NCBI GenBank assembly: GCA_014762495.1
Contig: JABURT010000070.1
Span: 82,638 to 146,637 of the forward strand
Length of the DNA stretch: 64,000 nucleotides
Direction: 5' to 3'
Source of the DNA: Gammaproteobacteria bacterium
GTDB lineage: Bacteria > Pseudomonadota > Gammaproteobacteria > Thiohalospirales > Thiohalospiraceae
Part shown: positions 1-7,998 of the stretch, one piece after another
Numbering within the stretch: the first letter of the stretch is position 1
Layout: every line of letters begins with the position of its first letter
The notes under the pieces: model-generated
What the model was told of the DNA's origin: nothing
The model's database searches: none
What the model saw: only the letters and a program-made list of their open reading frames with translations
Translations under genes and position numbers: made by a program

Positions 1-806
1 TCGGTCGCGCGAAGTGCATGGGCCAGTCGCTTGGCCGCCATGGTCAGGATCTTGTCACCGGTATGTTTGCCATATTGATTATTCACGGCCTTCACGCAAT
101 CGAGATCGACCAGGAGGAGGGCAAAATGTCCGGTATCGTCCTCGATTGTCGCTTCCAGCTCATTCAAAAAGGCCGGGCGATTGAGCAGGCCGGTCAGGCT
201 GTCGTGATTGGCTTGAAACTCCTGCTGGCGAGACTCCTCTTCTTCAAAGACGAGTTGTTTGTTCCAGCTCCACAGCACAGCGGACATCAGGCTTATCAAG
301 CCGTAATTGAGTAGCAGTGAAACCAGGGTATCGCTTGGATAGGGGGCATGTAGCCAGCTCAGTTCGTGAAGAGAGTAATACGACAGAATGAACAGGCCCA
401 TCAGTGCGGTCCAGATAAGGCCGCCGCGAAACCCTTTGAGGATGAACGCGAGCAGGGGAAAGAGGCTGGCCCAGAACAGACCGATGAAGGCGAAGTTGGC
501 GCTGAGTATGGCCAGGCTGTTGTGACCAAACAGAATCGCGAGAAAGATACTGTTGCTAATGCGAAGGTCGAGGCTCATGCGAAACCAGGCAAGGTTTGCG
601 ACCAGCAGAATAAGTAACACTGAGTGGGCCAGGGCCTGGAAGGCATTGGCCTCGATCAAGTGATTCAGGCTATGGGCCAGGAGAATCAAGGCCGTGACCA
701 GGCTGACACTGAACAACACGACCGACTGGTGGAAGGTCAGTTTTCCGCTGCGAAATTCTATGGTTTGAGGAAGCTGGATCTGAAACTTGCGGCGCATGAT
801 GATCAT
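1..806 (-). CDS. Membrane-anchored diguanylate cyclase (GGDEF domain), C-terminal part cut by window edge
   Basis: My own minus-strand translation starts at the ATG at 806 (alternative ATG at 797): MIIMRRKFQIQLPQ... Several hydrophobic helices follow. Then QANHDSLTGLLNRPAFLNELE...FALLLVDLDCVKAVNNQYGKHTGDKIL is the first half of a GGDEF domain. The gene is absent from the ORF track because it has no stop inside the window. The + strand ORFs 18..314, 366..617 and 624..812 are its antisense shadows. Confidence 0.8.
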   Translation of the reverse strand, partial: MIIMRRKFQIQLPQTIEFRSGKLTFHQSVVLFSVSLVTALILLAHSLNHLIEANAFQALAHSVLLILLVANLAWFRMSLDLRISNSIFLAILFGHNSLAILSANFAFIGLFWASLFPLLAFILKGFRGGLIWTALMGLFILSYYSLHELSWLHAPYPSDTLVSLLLNYGLISLMSAVLWSWNKQLVFEEEESRQQEFQANHDSLTGLLNRPAFLNELEATIEDDTGHFALLLVDLDCVKAVNNQYGKHTGDKILTMAAKRLAHALRAT

Positions 807-846
807 CCCTGATGGCGTTGGAACTACAAATCCGTGTGTAGCGTCA

Positions 847-921
847 ATTCACAATATTTAAAGTATACCTCCGAAACCGGCGCTGAGGATGAGGATCCCG
901 GGATTTCACAATAATTTAAAG
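847..921. repeat. Two direct copies of an AT-rich motif (ATTCACAATATTTAAAG at 847-863, ATTTCACAATAATTTAAAG at 903-921) in the upstream region of the GGDEF gene
   Basis: Read directly from the sequence. The copies differ by two 1-nt insertions and their starts are 56 nt apart. They lie 40-115 nt upstream of the ATG at 806 on the minus strand. Confidence 0.5.
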
Positions 922-1045
922 ATTGGCCCTATGCCCTGCTGGGATGATCAGGGTGGGATAAATGGACGTATCGCATCAACACGTCTGCGCGATAGGCGCA
1001 TCAGGGGTTCTGATGAGAGATAGAACTGGGGGGGATATATAAGGA

Positions 1046-1121
1046 TGGTGGCCAGGGACGGAATCGAACCGCCGACACGGGGATTTTCAATCCCCTGCTC
1101 TACCGACTGAGCTACCTGGCC
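1046..1121 (-). tRNA. tRNA-Phe (anticodon GAA)
   Basis: The reverse complement is GGCCAGGTAGCTCAGTCGGTAGAGCAGGGGATTGAAAATCCCCGTGTCGGCGGTTCGATTCCGTCCCTGGCCACCA. It has a 7-bp acceptor stem (GGCCAGG/CCTGGCC) and an anticodon stem GGGGA/TCCCC with loop TTGAAAA (GAA). The T-loop is TTCGATT and the CCA end is encoded. It is near-identical to canonical bacterial tRNA-Phe in the D and anticodon arms. Confidence 0.95.
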
Positions 1122-1136
1122 ACAGCGAAGCGCCAT

Positions 1137-1165
1137 ATTAAAGCGGCAGCGGGCCCCCGAGTCAA
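1137..1165 (-). promoter_or_regulatory. Probable sigma70 promoter of tRNA-Phe
   Basis: On the minus strand: -35 TTGACT (1165-1160), a 17-nt spacer, then -10 TTTAAT (1142-1137). A GC-rich discriminator (GGCGC) follows, and the mature tRNA 5' end at 1121 lies about 16 nt downstream of the -10. Confidence 0.5.
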
Positions 1166-1474
1166 GGGCATTTTCAGTCGCGACACAGCAACATCATTGG
1201 GATTAGCAAATGAGAACCGGTTCGCACTTTATTCAATTTTGCCGAGAATCCCTGCAAAACGTCGGATTATCGGCCGACAATAGCCAGACATAATGCGAAA
1301 CCAGGGCATGGAAATGCCTGGTAAAAGACAACGGTAAATGGACTAGGAGATAAACGATGAAATTACGTACAACGCTGGCCGCGGCCTCTATCGTGGCCGT
1401 GGTTTCGGCCTGCGGTGCGCCGGAGAGCGGTGGCCTGACCATAGACAGCAACAACATCAGCGCAGGTTACCACC

Positions 1475-2098
1475 ATGGCTACCAGCGCCAGCAGCTATGC
1501 TAATATTGCACAGGGCATGGGTTCAAGCTCAGGTGCATTCAGTCCTGCACTGAGCGGCCGAAGCGTTGACGGTGTCAGCCCGAAAGTCGCCTCTACCTAT
1601 GATTGTGCGGCAGGCGGTAGTATTACCTATGATTCTACTGTCGGGGTTTCCGGCACCAGTTTCAGCATGGATTTCAACCAGTGCACATATTCCATGGGGC
1701 TCGACGGTTCATCACTCATTATGAATGGGACCCAGTCCGGCACCTGGAGTGGCAGCTATGACTGGAACATCTCCATGCCCAGCTTCTCCTTCACGGTCAC
1801 CGGGAACCAAAGTGTCGACATGACTTTTACGAACTATTCTGTCACCGCAACTTCCACCGCGACCGGTTACACCCTGGATTACGGTATGACTCTGGATGTC
1901 TCGACCCTGGACGGAGCCTTTACCATCGAAACAACTACACCCTTGGTGTATCCAAATACATACAGTCTCTATCCGACCAGTGGTGTCGTCGAGTTCAGTG
2001 CCAATGGTACGGCCACCATTACGTATTATGATGGGGGATACACCGTTACCTACAGCGGTGGCACCATTGATTGTGCGGGTTATATTTGTCCTATGTAG
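1475..2098 (+). CDS. Ser/Thr/Gly-rich secreted protein of unknown function; probably a lipoprotein whose signal peptide (ATG 1357) lies in a different frame
   Basis: 207-aa ORF with low-complexity S/T/G-rich composition and 4 Cys. An intrinsic terminator sits downstream. A 48-codon ORF at 1357..1503 (frame +1) has a good RBS (AGGAGA at 1345-1350) and a lipobox signal peptide, MKLRTTLAAASIVAVVSAC. The frame of the long ORF is open from 1445 (TATTSAQVTTMATSASS...). Confidence 0.6.
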   Translation: MATSASSYANIAQGMGSSSGAFSPALSGRSVDGVSPKVASTYDCAAGGSITYDSTVGVSGTSFSMDFNQCTYSMGLDGSSLIMNGTQSGTWSGSYDWNISMPSFSFTVTGNQSVDMTFTNYSVTATSTATGYTLDYGMTLDVSTLDGAFTIETTTPLVYPNTYSLYPTSGVVEFSANGTATITYYDGGYTVTYSGGTIDCAGYICPM

Positions 2099-2190
2099 GC
2101 AAATTCAACAATCGAGTTGTGCAGGCATGAAGGCAAGTCGTATAGCTCCAGCCTGGTGATGTACAGCTCGATACCCGGTATGTGAAGATA

Positions 2191-2225
2191 GGGCGCTGCC
2201 AACACTGGAAGCGCCCTTTTCATTT
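2191..2225 (+). terminator. Rho-independent terminator after the S/T-rich protein gene
   Basis: Stem GGGCGCT(g)CC / GG(a)AGCGCCC with loop AACACT, followed by TTTTCATTT. It lies inside the 5' extension of ORF 2182, which argues for the downstream ATG at 2230 as that gene's start. Confidence 0.75.
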
Positions 2226-2229
2226 GAGT

Positions 2230-4230
2230 ATGAAAACACTAACCCTTTTCGCAGCCTTCGCGCTTGTGTTCACACTCAAGCCGGTATACGCCGTCCCCCA
2301 CCTCAATGGCGGTGCCGAGCCCTTCTTTTTTTCACGACTCATGCCGCACACCACGCATTCAGATGGTGTCACGGGCATACATTCCCGCGCCCTGCTTACG
2401 AAGGCATCGGTGAGCTTGCCGGTGGAGGCCATCGTCATACGCGTTCAGTTTGTCGCCGATGCGAACACCAGTACAACTGGTGACGGTACCTGGCTCGACG
2501 CAAGTTATGCCGCCGATGTGGGCGGTGACAGTAACTACTGGATCAACAAGAACCTCACTGCCCTGTCGGATTATTACGCCGAGGTCTCCTACAACGCCCT
2601 GCAACTCAACCTGACCCTGGCGCCGACAATCTACAGCCTCGCCCATGGCATGGCCTATTACGGCCAGGAGACGCCGGCGAGTATCGAGAGCCTTATCTAC
2701 GATACGGTGACGGCGGCCGTAGCCGATGTGGATTTCTCGGCCTATGATGTGGTGTTTATCGTCCACGCCGGACCGGGCCAGGAGACTGACTCCGCTGGTG
2801 ACAGCGCCTCGGATATCTGGTCGCTGTACTATCACGATGCCTCGATCAGCCAGCAGGACAGCAGTAGCAATCCCACACTGAGTGTCATCCTGGCCAATGG
2901 CGAGGTCATCGACCGCGCCCTGATCATGCCGCAAACCGGTAGCCAGGATGGCCTGACGGTAGACCCGCTGGGTCTGTTCGCTCACGAATTCGGTCACTGG
3001 CTGGGCCTGCCCGATCTCTATGCCACGTCGGTCCTGTTCTCACCATCCTGGGACGGTATAGGCAACTGGGGGCTCATGGGGTATGGCACCTATCTAAACG
3101 TGACCTCCGATCCCATCGGCAGCTCCCCCGCCCATCCCTCTGCCTGGTCCAAGGTCTACCTGGGCTGGGTCGACCCGCTGGTACTGGACCCCGATACGGA
3201 TCCGGGCAGTCTCAACCTGTCAGCGGCCGCAGCCAATGCCGCCGTGGTGAAGGTCCCCAACTCGGAAGACGGCACCGTCTATTATCTGCTGGAGAATCGC
3301 CAGCAACGGGACTTCGATGTCGGTCTGCCCGGTGCGGGTCTGCTGGTGTGGTCCATTGACGAAAACGCCATTAGCGATGGTTTTGGAGCCAATCGCGTCA
3401 ACAGCTGGCCGAGCCGGCCCGGTGTGAAGCTGGTGGAGGCGGACAATGACGAGGCCCTGCTCGATTACGAGGATGCGGATCAGGGCAGCGGTAGCGATCC
3501 CTTTCCCGGTCTCACGGCCAATACGGCCTTTACACCTAGCACCACGCCCTCTTCGGCCAACACAAGCGGGGGCTGGTTTCACCTGACCGATATCAGCCAG
3601 CAGCCCGATGAGAGCATCCAGTACAGCGCGGGCTTCTCGCCCCGGGTGCCGTCTGGCATCGAGGAAGTGTTGAGCCCCAACTGGATGTTTCGAATCCGAT
3701 GGACGGCTTCGACCGCCAGCGATCTGTCACATTACCAGATCTATGTCGCTGACAGTCTTTACAGTACCACCCGCAGTAATGAGTTCAGGGGGCTGACCGG
3801 GATGCACAAGCAAGATATACAGATCAGCGCCGTTGACCTCGGGGGACGCGAAAGCGCCGTCTCGCAGTCGCTGACGTCGCAGGACTTACGCTGTTTCATC
3901 GCCACCGCCGCACACGGCAGCGCCATGGCACCGCAGGTGCAATGGCTGAGGGAGTTTCGCGATCGCTATCTGATCTCGCACAGTCTGGGGCGCGAGCTGG
4001 TGGCGATCTACTATCGCTACAGTCCACCCCTGGCCGAGAGGATCGCCCGATACGAGACAGCGCGTGCCGGTGTGCGTGTATTGCTTGCCCCCTTGATTGC
4101 ACTGGCCTGGCTCTCCGTTCAGTTGGGACTGATGGATGCGGTGATGCTTATGCTGATGGCTGTGGTGGGCATGTGGATGGCAGGACAGAGACTGCGGCAG
4201 CGGTACGCCAGGATTATCGCGACACAATAA
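2230..4230 (+). CDS. Secreted M6-family (immune inhibitor A-like) zinc metalloprotease with an FN3-like domain and a CFIATAA-type C-terminal anchor
   Basis: Signal peptide MKTLTLFAAFALVFTLKPVYA starting at ATG 2230. HEXXH zinc motif HEFGHWLGLPDLY at 2983-2997. C-terminal segment CFIATAAHGSAMAPQVQWLREFRDRYL...YYRYSPPLAERI, followed by hydrophobic helices. Confidence 0.8.
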   Translation: MKTLTLFAAFALVFTLKPVYAVPHLNGGAEPFFFSRLMPHTTHSDGVTGIHSRALLTKASVSLPVEAIVIRVQFVADANTSTTGDGTWLDASYAADVGGDSNYWINKNLTALSDYYAEVSYNALQLNLTLAPTIYSLAHGMAYYGQETPASIESLIYDTVTAAVADVDFSAYDVVFIVHAGPGQETDSAGDSASDIWSLYYHDASISQQDSSSNPTLSVILANGEVIDRALIMPQTGSQDGLTVDPLGLFAHEFGHWLGLPDLYATSVLFSPSWDGIGNWGLMGYGTYLNVTSDPIGSSPAHPSAWSKVYLGWVDPLVLDPDTDPGSLNLSAAAANAAVVKVPNSEDGTVYYLLENRQQRDFDVGLPGAGLLVWSIDENAISDGFGANRVNSWPSRPGVKLVEADNDEALLDYEDADQGSGSDPFPGLTANTAFTPSTTPSSANTSGGWFHLTDISQQPDESIQYSAGFSPRVPSGIEEVLSPNWMFRIRWTASTASDLSHYQIYVADSLYSTTRSNEFRGLTGMHKQDIQISAVDLGGRESAVSQSLTSQDLRCFIATAAHGSAMAPQVQWLREFRDRYLISHSLGRELVAIYYRYSPPLAERIARYETARAGVRVLLAPLIALAWLSVQLGLMDAVMLMLMAVVGMWMAGQRLRQRYARIIATQ

Positions 4231-4260
4231 AAAAAAGCGCGGCCTCGACCGCGCTTTTTA
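4229..4260. terminator. Bidirectional intrinsic terminator between the convergent protease gene and yggX
   Basis: AAAAAA-GCGCGG-cctcga-CCGCGC-TTTTT: a perfect 6-bp GC stem flanked by an A-run and a T-run. Confidence 0.8.
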
Positions 4261-4270
4261 TGTATCGCTG

Positions 4271-4543
4271 TTACTGGTTTTCCGGGACGAAGCCCTCGGG
4301 CGGTGCCGAACCCTCGCCGAAGAGGAATTTTTCCATTTCCTTTTCGAGGAAGGCACGATGCTGCGGGTCGATAGGGGTGAGGCGGTTTTCGTTGATCAAC
4401 ATGGTCTGATGGCCCAACCAGGATTGCCAGGCCTCTTTCGAGATATTGTCGAAGATCTTCTGACCCAAATCACCGGGATAAGGGGGACGTTCCAGGCCTT
4501 CGGCCTCTTTACCCAGTTTGGCGCAATGTACCATGCGACTCAT
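4271..4543 (-). CDS. yggX: Fe(II)-trafficking / oxidative-damage protection protein YggX
   Basis: 90 aa. [55 protein letters not shown] matches the YggX family along its full length. It lies directly downstream of mutY, as in enterobacteria. Confidence 0.9.
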   Translation of the reverse strand: MSRMVHCAKLGKEAEGLERPPYPGDLGQKIFDNISKEAWQSWLGHQTMLINENRLTPIDPQHRAFLEKEMEKFLFGEGSAPPEGFVPENQ

Positions 4544-4614
4544 GGAAAACTCCTTACAAATTCATAGTGCTTGTTAGTGATAGCGGCTTGGCGGCATGCA
4601 TGCAACCCCACCGT

Positions 4615-5685
4615 TTATGGGGATACGCCGGCCTCAACCTGTTTCAAAAGTTTGACCACCGGTGCCGCCAGTCCACGTCTGTCCGGTTGCCGGGTGTTAT
4701 ACCAGACTGAGGCCTCATCTTCCATGAGACGTCGACCCAGGGGCCGGGTGTGGGCAATGATGGGGCGGATATCCAGGTGATAATGGCTGAAGCTGTGGCG
4801 CAGCGAGGGTAAGGGTGTCTGTTTCAGGACCTTAAGGTCGAGCCGCTCGGACACCCAGTCTGTCACGGTGGTGTCCAACTCGCATTCGGGCAGGGACCAC
4901 AGACCGCCCCAGATCCCGCTGGGGGGACGTTGCTGCAACAGCACCTCGCCGCTCTCGTTGAGCAGGATCAGCATACAGGTTGCCTTAATGGGCTTTTCCT
5001 TCTTCGGGCGCGAATGGGGTAGCTCGGCCTCAAGCCCCAGCTGTCGCGCCGTGCAATCAGTCTCGAAGGGACAACGGTCACAGTCAGGGCGACCGCGTCG
5101 ACACAGGGTGGCGCCCAGATCCATGATTGCCTGGGTGTAGTCCGCCACTTCCTGGGTTGGCGTATAGGCCTCTGTCAGATCCCAGAGCTGAGACTCCACC
5201 TGGCGTTCGCCGGGCCAGCCCTCGATGCCGTGCAGGCGCACGAGGACGCGTTTGACGTTACCGTCGAGGATGGCGTGGCGCTGATCCAGGGACTGGGCAA
5301 GGATGGCGCCTGCCGTGGAGCGGCCGATCCCGGGCAGGGCCAGCACCGACTCGAAATCGGTGGGAAACCGGCCGTTGTGGTCTTCCATAATGGCACGGGC
5401 GGCCTTGTGCAGATTACGTGCCCGTGCGTAATAGCCAAGGCCCGTCCAAAGATGCAGGACCTCGTCCAGATCGGCCGCGGCCAGGCTGTCGAGACTGGGA
5501 AAACGATGCATAAAGGTCTCGAAATAGGGGATCACGGTGGCCACCTGGGTCTGTTGCAGCATGATCTCCGAGACCCAGACCCGGTAGGGGGTGGGGTCGA
5601 GTTTCCAGGGCAGTTCGCTACGGCCGTGCCGGGCGTACCAGTGCAGTAAGCGCTCGCTAAAGCCTTCGACCAGTGCCGGACTCAT
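4615..5685 (-). CDS. mutY: A/G-specific adenine DNA glycosylase MutY
   Basis: 356 aa. HhH-GPD core (VWVSEIMLQQTQV, LPGIGRSTAGAI). 4Fe-4S cluster C-x6-C-x2-C-x5-C (CRRGRPDCDRCPFETDC). C-terminal NUDIX-like domain. Confidence 0.92.
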   Translation of the reverse strand: MSPALVEGFSERLLHWYARHGRSELPWKLDPTPYRVWVSEIMLQQTQVATVIPYFETFMHRFPSLDSLAAADLDEVLHLWTGLGYYARARNLHKAARAIMEDHNGRFPTDFESVLALPGIGRSTAGAILAQSLDQRHAILDGNVKRVLVRLHGIEGWPGERQVESQLWDLTEAYTPTQEVADYTQAIMDLGATLCRRGRPDCDRCPFETDCTARQLGLEAELPHSRPKKEKPIKATCMLILLNESGEVLLQQRPPSGIWGGLWSLPECELDTTVTDWVSERLDLKVLKQTPLPSLRHSFSHYHLDIRPIIAHTRPLGRRLMEDEASVWYNTRQPDRRGLAAPVVKLLKQVEAGVSP

Positions 5686-7589
5686 AGGGTGGGGATATCG
5701 TCGTCCTTGACGTCGATCTGATTGGCCTTGCCGGCCAGTTCGGAGCGAATGGCGGCGACCGCCTCGCTATTGGCCTGCGATAGGGACATGGAGATCTGGG
5801 CGGCGAAACGCTTGCGGACCTCGTCCCGGCGCGGGCGCAAGGTGGGTGTCAGCAGACCGTTGTCCACCGACCAGGCGGTATCGGAAATGATGAAGTCCGT
5901 GACCTCGGGGAATTCGTCCAGGGTGTGAAGGGCCGCACGGATATGCCCCATGATGGTGTCGTGGACCTTGCTGTTATTGGGGTCGTTGGCTTCCTTGGTC
6001 TCCAGACCCATGGAGGCAGCCATGGCGTTCCAGATACTGCGGTTGAGCACAACAATGGCCACCAGAGATGAACCCTGGCCCACGACCATGGCATAGTCGA
6101 ACAATACATCACTGATGATGGCGGCCTCGAGCAATTCGGGATTGAAGCGCATTCCGCCATCCATCTCCAGCTCCTCTTCATAACGCCCATTAAAGAACAG
6201 GTGCTGGTCATGATACTCGGCCATGTCCTGAGTGAAGAGCCAGTCATTACGAAAGACATGGTCTTCATCGGCGGCCTTGCCCATATAGCCCAGGGCCATG
6301 CTGTTGTCGTTGGCGATGTGGATCTGGCCGTCCATGGTGATCTTGATGCGAAAGCCCGGCAGGGAAAACCCGATACTCTCGGTGTAATTTTCCAGCATGG
6401 TGTTAAGGCTGACCACTCCACCCGCCTCGGTGAGGTGATAGCCCTGCAGCACGTTGATACTGAGCCCGACGAACAGCTTGGACATGGCCGGTGACATGGG
6501 TGAACCGGTAGAAATGACTCGACGCAGCCGCTGGCCCACAATCTTGGGCATGATGGCATGCGTGGACATGCCCTTGAGCATCGGCCAGAGGTAGGCCATG
6601 GGATGAAATCGCACACGCTTCTGCTCGGTGAGAAAGTTGGCCCAGCCGGCGTTGATGGCAAGCTTGAAGAGCATGCGATCGATGAAGACATGCTCCTCCA
6701 GTTCGCGGTTCAACTTGCCCGCGAGGCGAGTCATGAAGTGTGATTCGGTCACCAGGATGGAGGGATGGACCTCCACCAGGTCGTGATCAAAGTTCTCCAG
6801 GCTACGGCCGAAGGCGACCATGGCACCCGCCATCATGGGGGCATAGTAGCTGCACACGCGCTGTACGATGTGGGCGTAGTTCAGATGCGCAAGAATGGTG
6901 TCTGCCTGACGGATGGCCAGCATTTGCATCATGGCGCGGGCATTGCTGAGCAGATTGAGATGGCTCAGCATGACCCCTTTGGGCCTGCCCGTGGTGCCGG
7001 TGGTATAGACGATGGTGGCGAGGGCATTGGAGTCGCTGTAACGCTCATGCAGGGGGCCGCCTTCAACCGGCAGCCAGTCCTTGGAGATTTCAAGGCGGCT
7101 ATCGTCTCGCTCCTTGACCTCTTCCTCCTGCTCTTCCTTTACCTCCAGCAGGATCACGTGTTTGAGTGCGGGCACCGAGTTGTGTATGGCACCGAGTCGA
7201 TCCCAGGCCGAGATATCGTCCACTAACAGGAGCTCGGCGCCGCAGTCTTGCAGGATATAGGCGACGGTCTCAGGATTCTCATTGGGAAAGATGGGTACCA
7301 CCACCAGGTCCAGAACCATGGCGGCCTGCTCGAAGATGATCCATTCCTTGCGGTTTTCCATCATGATTGCAACGCGGGCGCCCTCGCCCAATTCTTCTCG
7401 CTCGAGGGCACCTCGCCAGCGGGTCATTTCGAGGCCGAGACCGGCCCATGAGACACTGCGCCACTCACGCCGCTTGCGATCGTATTCCTTGTAGGCAATG
7501 GACGCGGACATGCGCCGCACACGATCAAAAAAGAGTGCGTCCAGTGTCTTCGTCGCTTCGGAGGCTGTATTTTTTGAGTCTTCGGCCAT
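5682..7589 (-). CDS. AMP-dependent synthetase/ligase, long-chain acyl-CoA synthetase-like
   Basis: 635 aa. AMP-binding motif IVYTTGTTGRPKGVMLSHLNL, plus QGYHLTEAG. The C-terminus, DNGLLTPTLRPRR, resembles the ACSL-type TPTxKxKR end. Its stop overlaps the mutY start (ATGA, 5682-5685). Confidence 0.8.
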   Translation of the reverse strand: MAEDSKNTASEATKTLDALFFDRVRRMSASIAYKEYDRKRREWRSVSWAGLGLEMTRWRGALEREELGEGARVAIMMENRKEWIIFEQAAMVLDLVVVPIFPNENPETVAYILQDCGAELLLVDDISAWDRLGAIHNSVPALKHVILLEVKEEQEEEVKERDDSRLEISKDWLPVEGGPLHERYSDSNALATIVYTTGTTGRPKGVMLSHLNLLSNARAMMQMLAIRQADTILAHLNYAHIVQRVCSYYAPMMAGAMVAFGRSLENFDHDLVEVHPSILVTESHFMTRLAGKLNRELEEHVFIDRMLFKLAINAGWANFLTEQKRVRFHPMAYLWPMLKGMSTHAIMPKIVGQRLRRVISTGSPMSPAMSKLFVGLSINVLQGYHLTEAGGVVSLNTMLENYTESIGFSLPGFRIKITMDGQIHIANDNSMALGYMGKAADEDHVFRNDWLFTQDMAEYHDQHLFFNGRYEEELEMDGGMRFNPELLEAAIISDVLFDYAMVVGQGSSLVAIVVLNRSIWNAMAASMGLETKEANDPNNSKVHDTIMGHIRAALHTLDEFPEVTDFIISDTAWSVDNGLLTPTLRPRRDEVRKRFAAQISMSLSQANSEAVAAIRSELAGKANQIDVKDDDIPTL

Positions 7590-7763
7590 GGTGTCGTCGA
7601 GGTTGTGGGTCTATGTCTGTGTGAATTCATGTGCCGCTAGGCGGATACTCTATTATCGGTTCCGGCCAGGGGGCGATGAAATTTATTTACGCCGCATCAA
7701 TGGTGTAGAATTGAGCTTTTATCAACCTGGCATCCATATATCAAGGCTTGGCGCGTATTCACC

Positions 7764-7985
7764 ATGCAAATCACCCTCAACGGCGAATCCAAAGAGATCC
7801 CCGACGGCAGCAGCGCGCAACAGCTGATCGACAGCCTGGGGCTCGCCAACAAGCGTCTGGCGATGGAAGTGAATCAGGAAATCGTCCCGCGCAGTACCTT
7901 CGAACAGCATCGTCTGCAGGAGGGCGACAGCGTCGAGATCGTTCACGCCATCGGTGGTGGTCAGGCCAGCCCCACTCACCCATAA
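7764..7985 (+). CDS. thiS: Sulfur-carrier protein ThiS, with a 7-residue extension after the Gly-Gly
   Basis: [27 protein letters not shown]...[14 protein letters not shown] is a typical ThiS. The ORF continues with QASPTHP before TAA (7983-7985). thiG follows 13 nt later. Confidence 0.85.
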   Translation: MQITLNGESKEIPDGSSAQQLIDSLGLANKRLAMEVNQEIVPRSTFEQHRLQEGDSVEIVHAIGGGQASPTHP

Positions 7986-7998
7986 ACAGGATCGATAC

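Noticed and set aside
948-1136. 62-aa ORF on the minus strand
   Set aside because: It reads straight through tRNA-Phe. The tRNA structure explains the sequence.
812-1356. tRNA-Phe as a possible genomic-island integration site
   Set aside because: There is no integrase, no mobility gene, and no obvious direct repeat of the tRNA 3' end that I could spot nearby. The flanking genes are ordinary. I could not exhaustively search the window for a partial att repeat by eye.
2359-2997. 212-aa minus-strand ORF inside the M6 protease gene; similar cases at 50816..51457 and 44188..44799
   Set aside because: These are antisense shadows of genes with clear motifs (HEFGH; OMP signal peptide and terminal Phe; ELGGSDP and the catalytic Cys).
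5849-6691. 280-aa same-strand alternative-frame ORF inside the acyl-CoA synthetase gene
   Set aside because: Its composition is Pro/Ser/Trp/Cys/Arg-rich, typical of an off-frame reading of GC-rich coding DNA. The main frame carries the AMP-binding motif.
7590-7763. Possible TPP riboswitch upstream of thiS-thiG
   Set aside because: The conserved CUGAGA and ACCUGAUCUGGAUAAUGCCAGCG-type elements are not present in the 174-nt leader.
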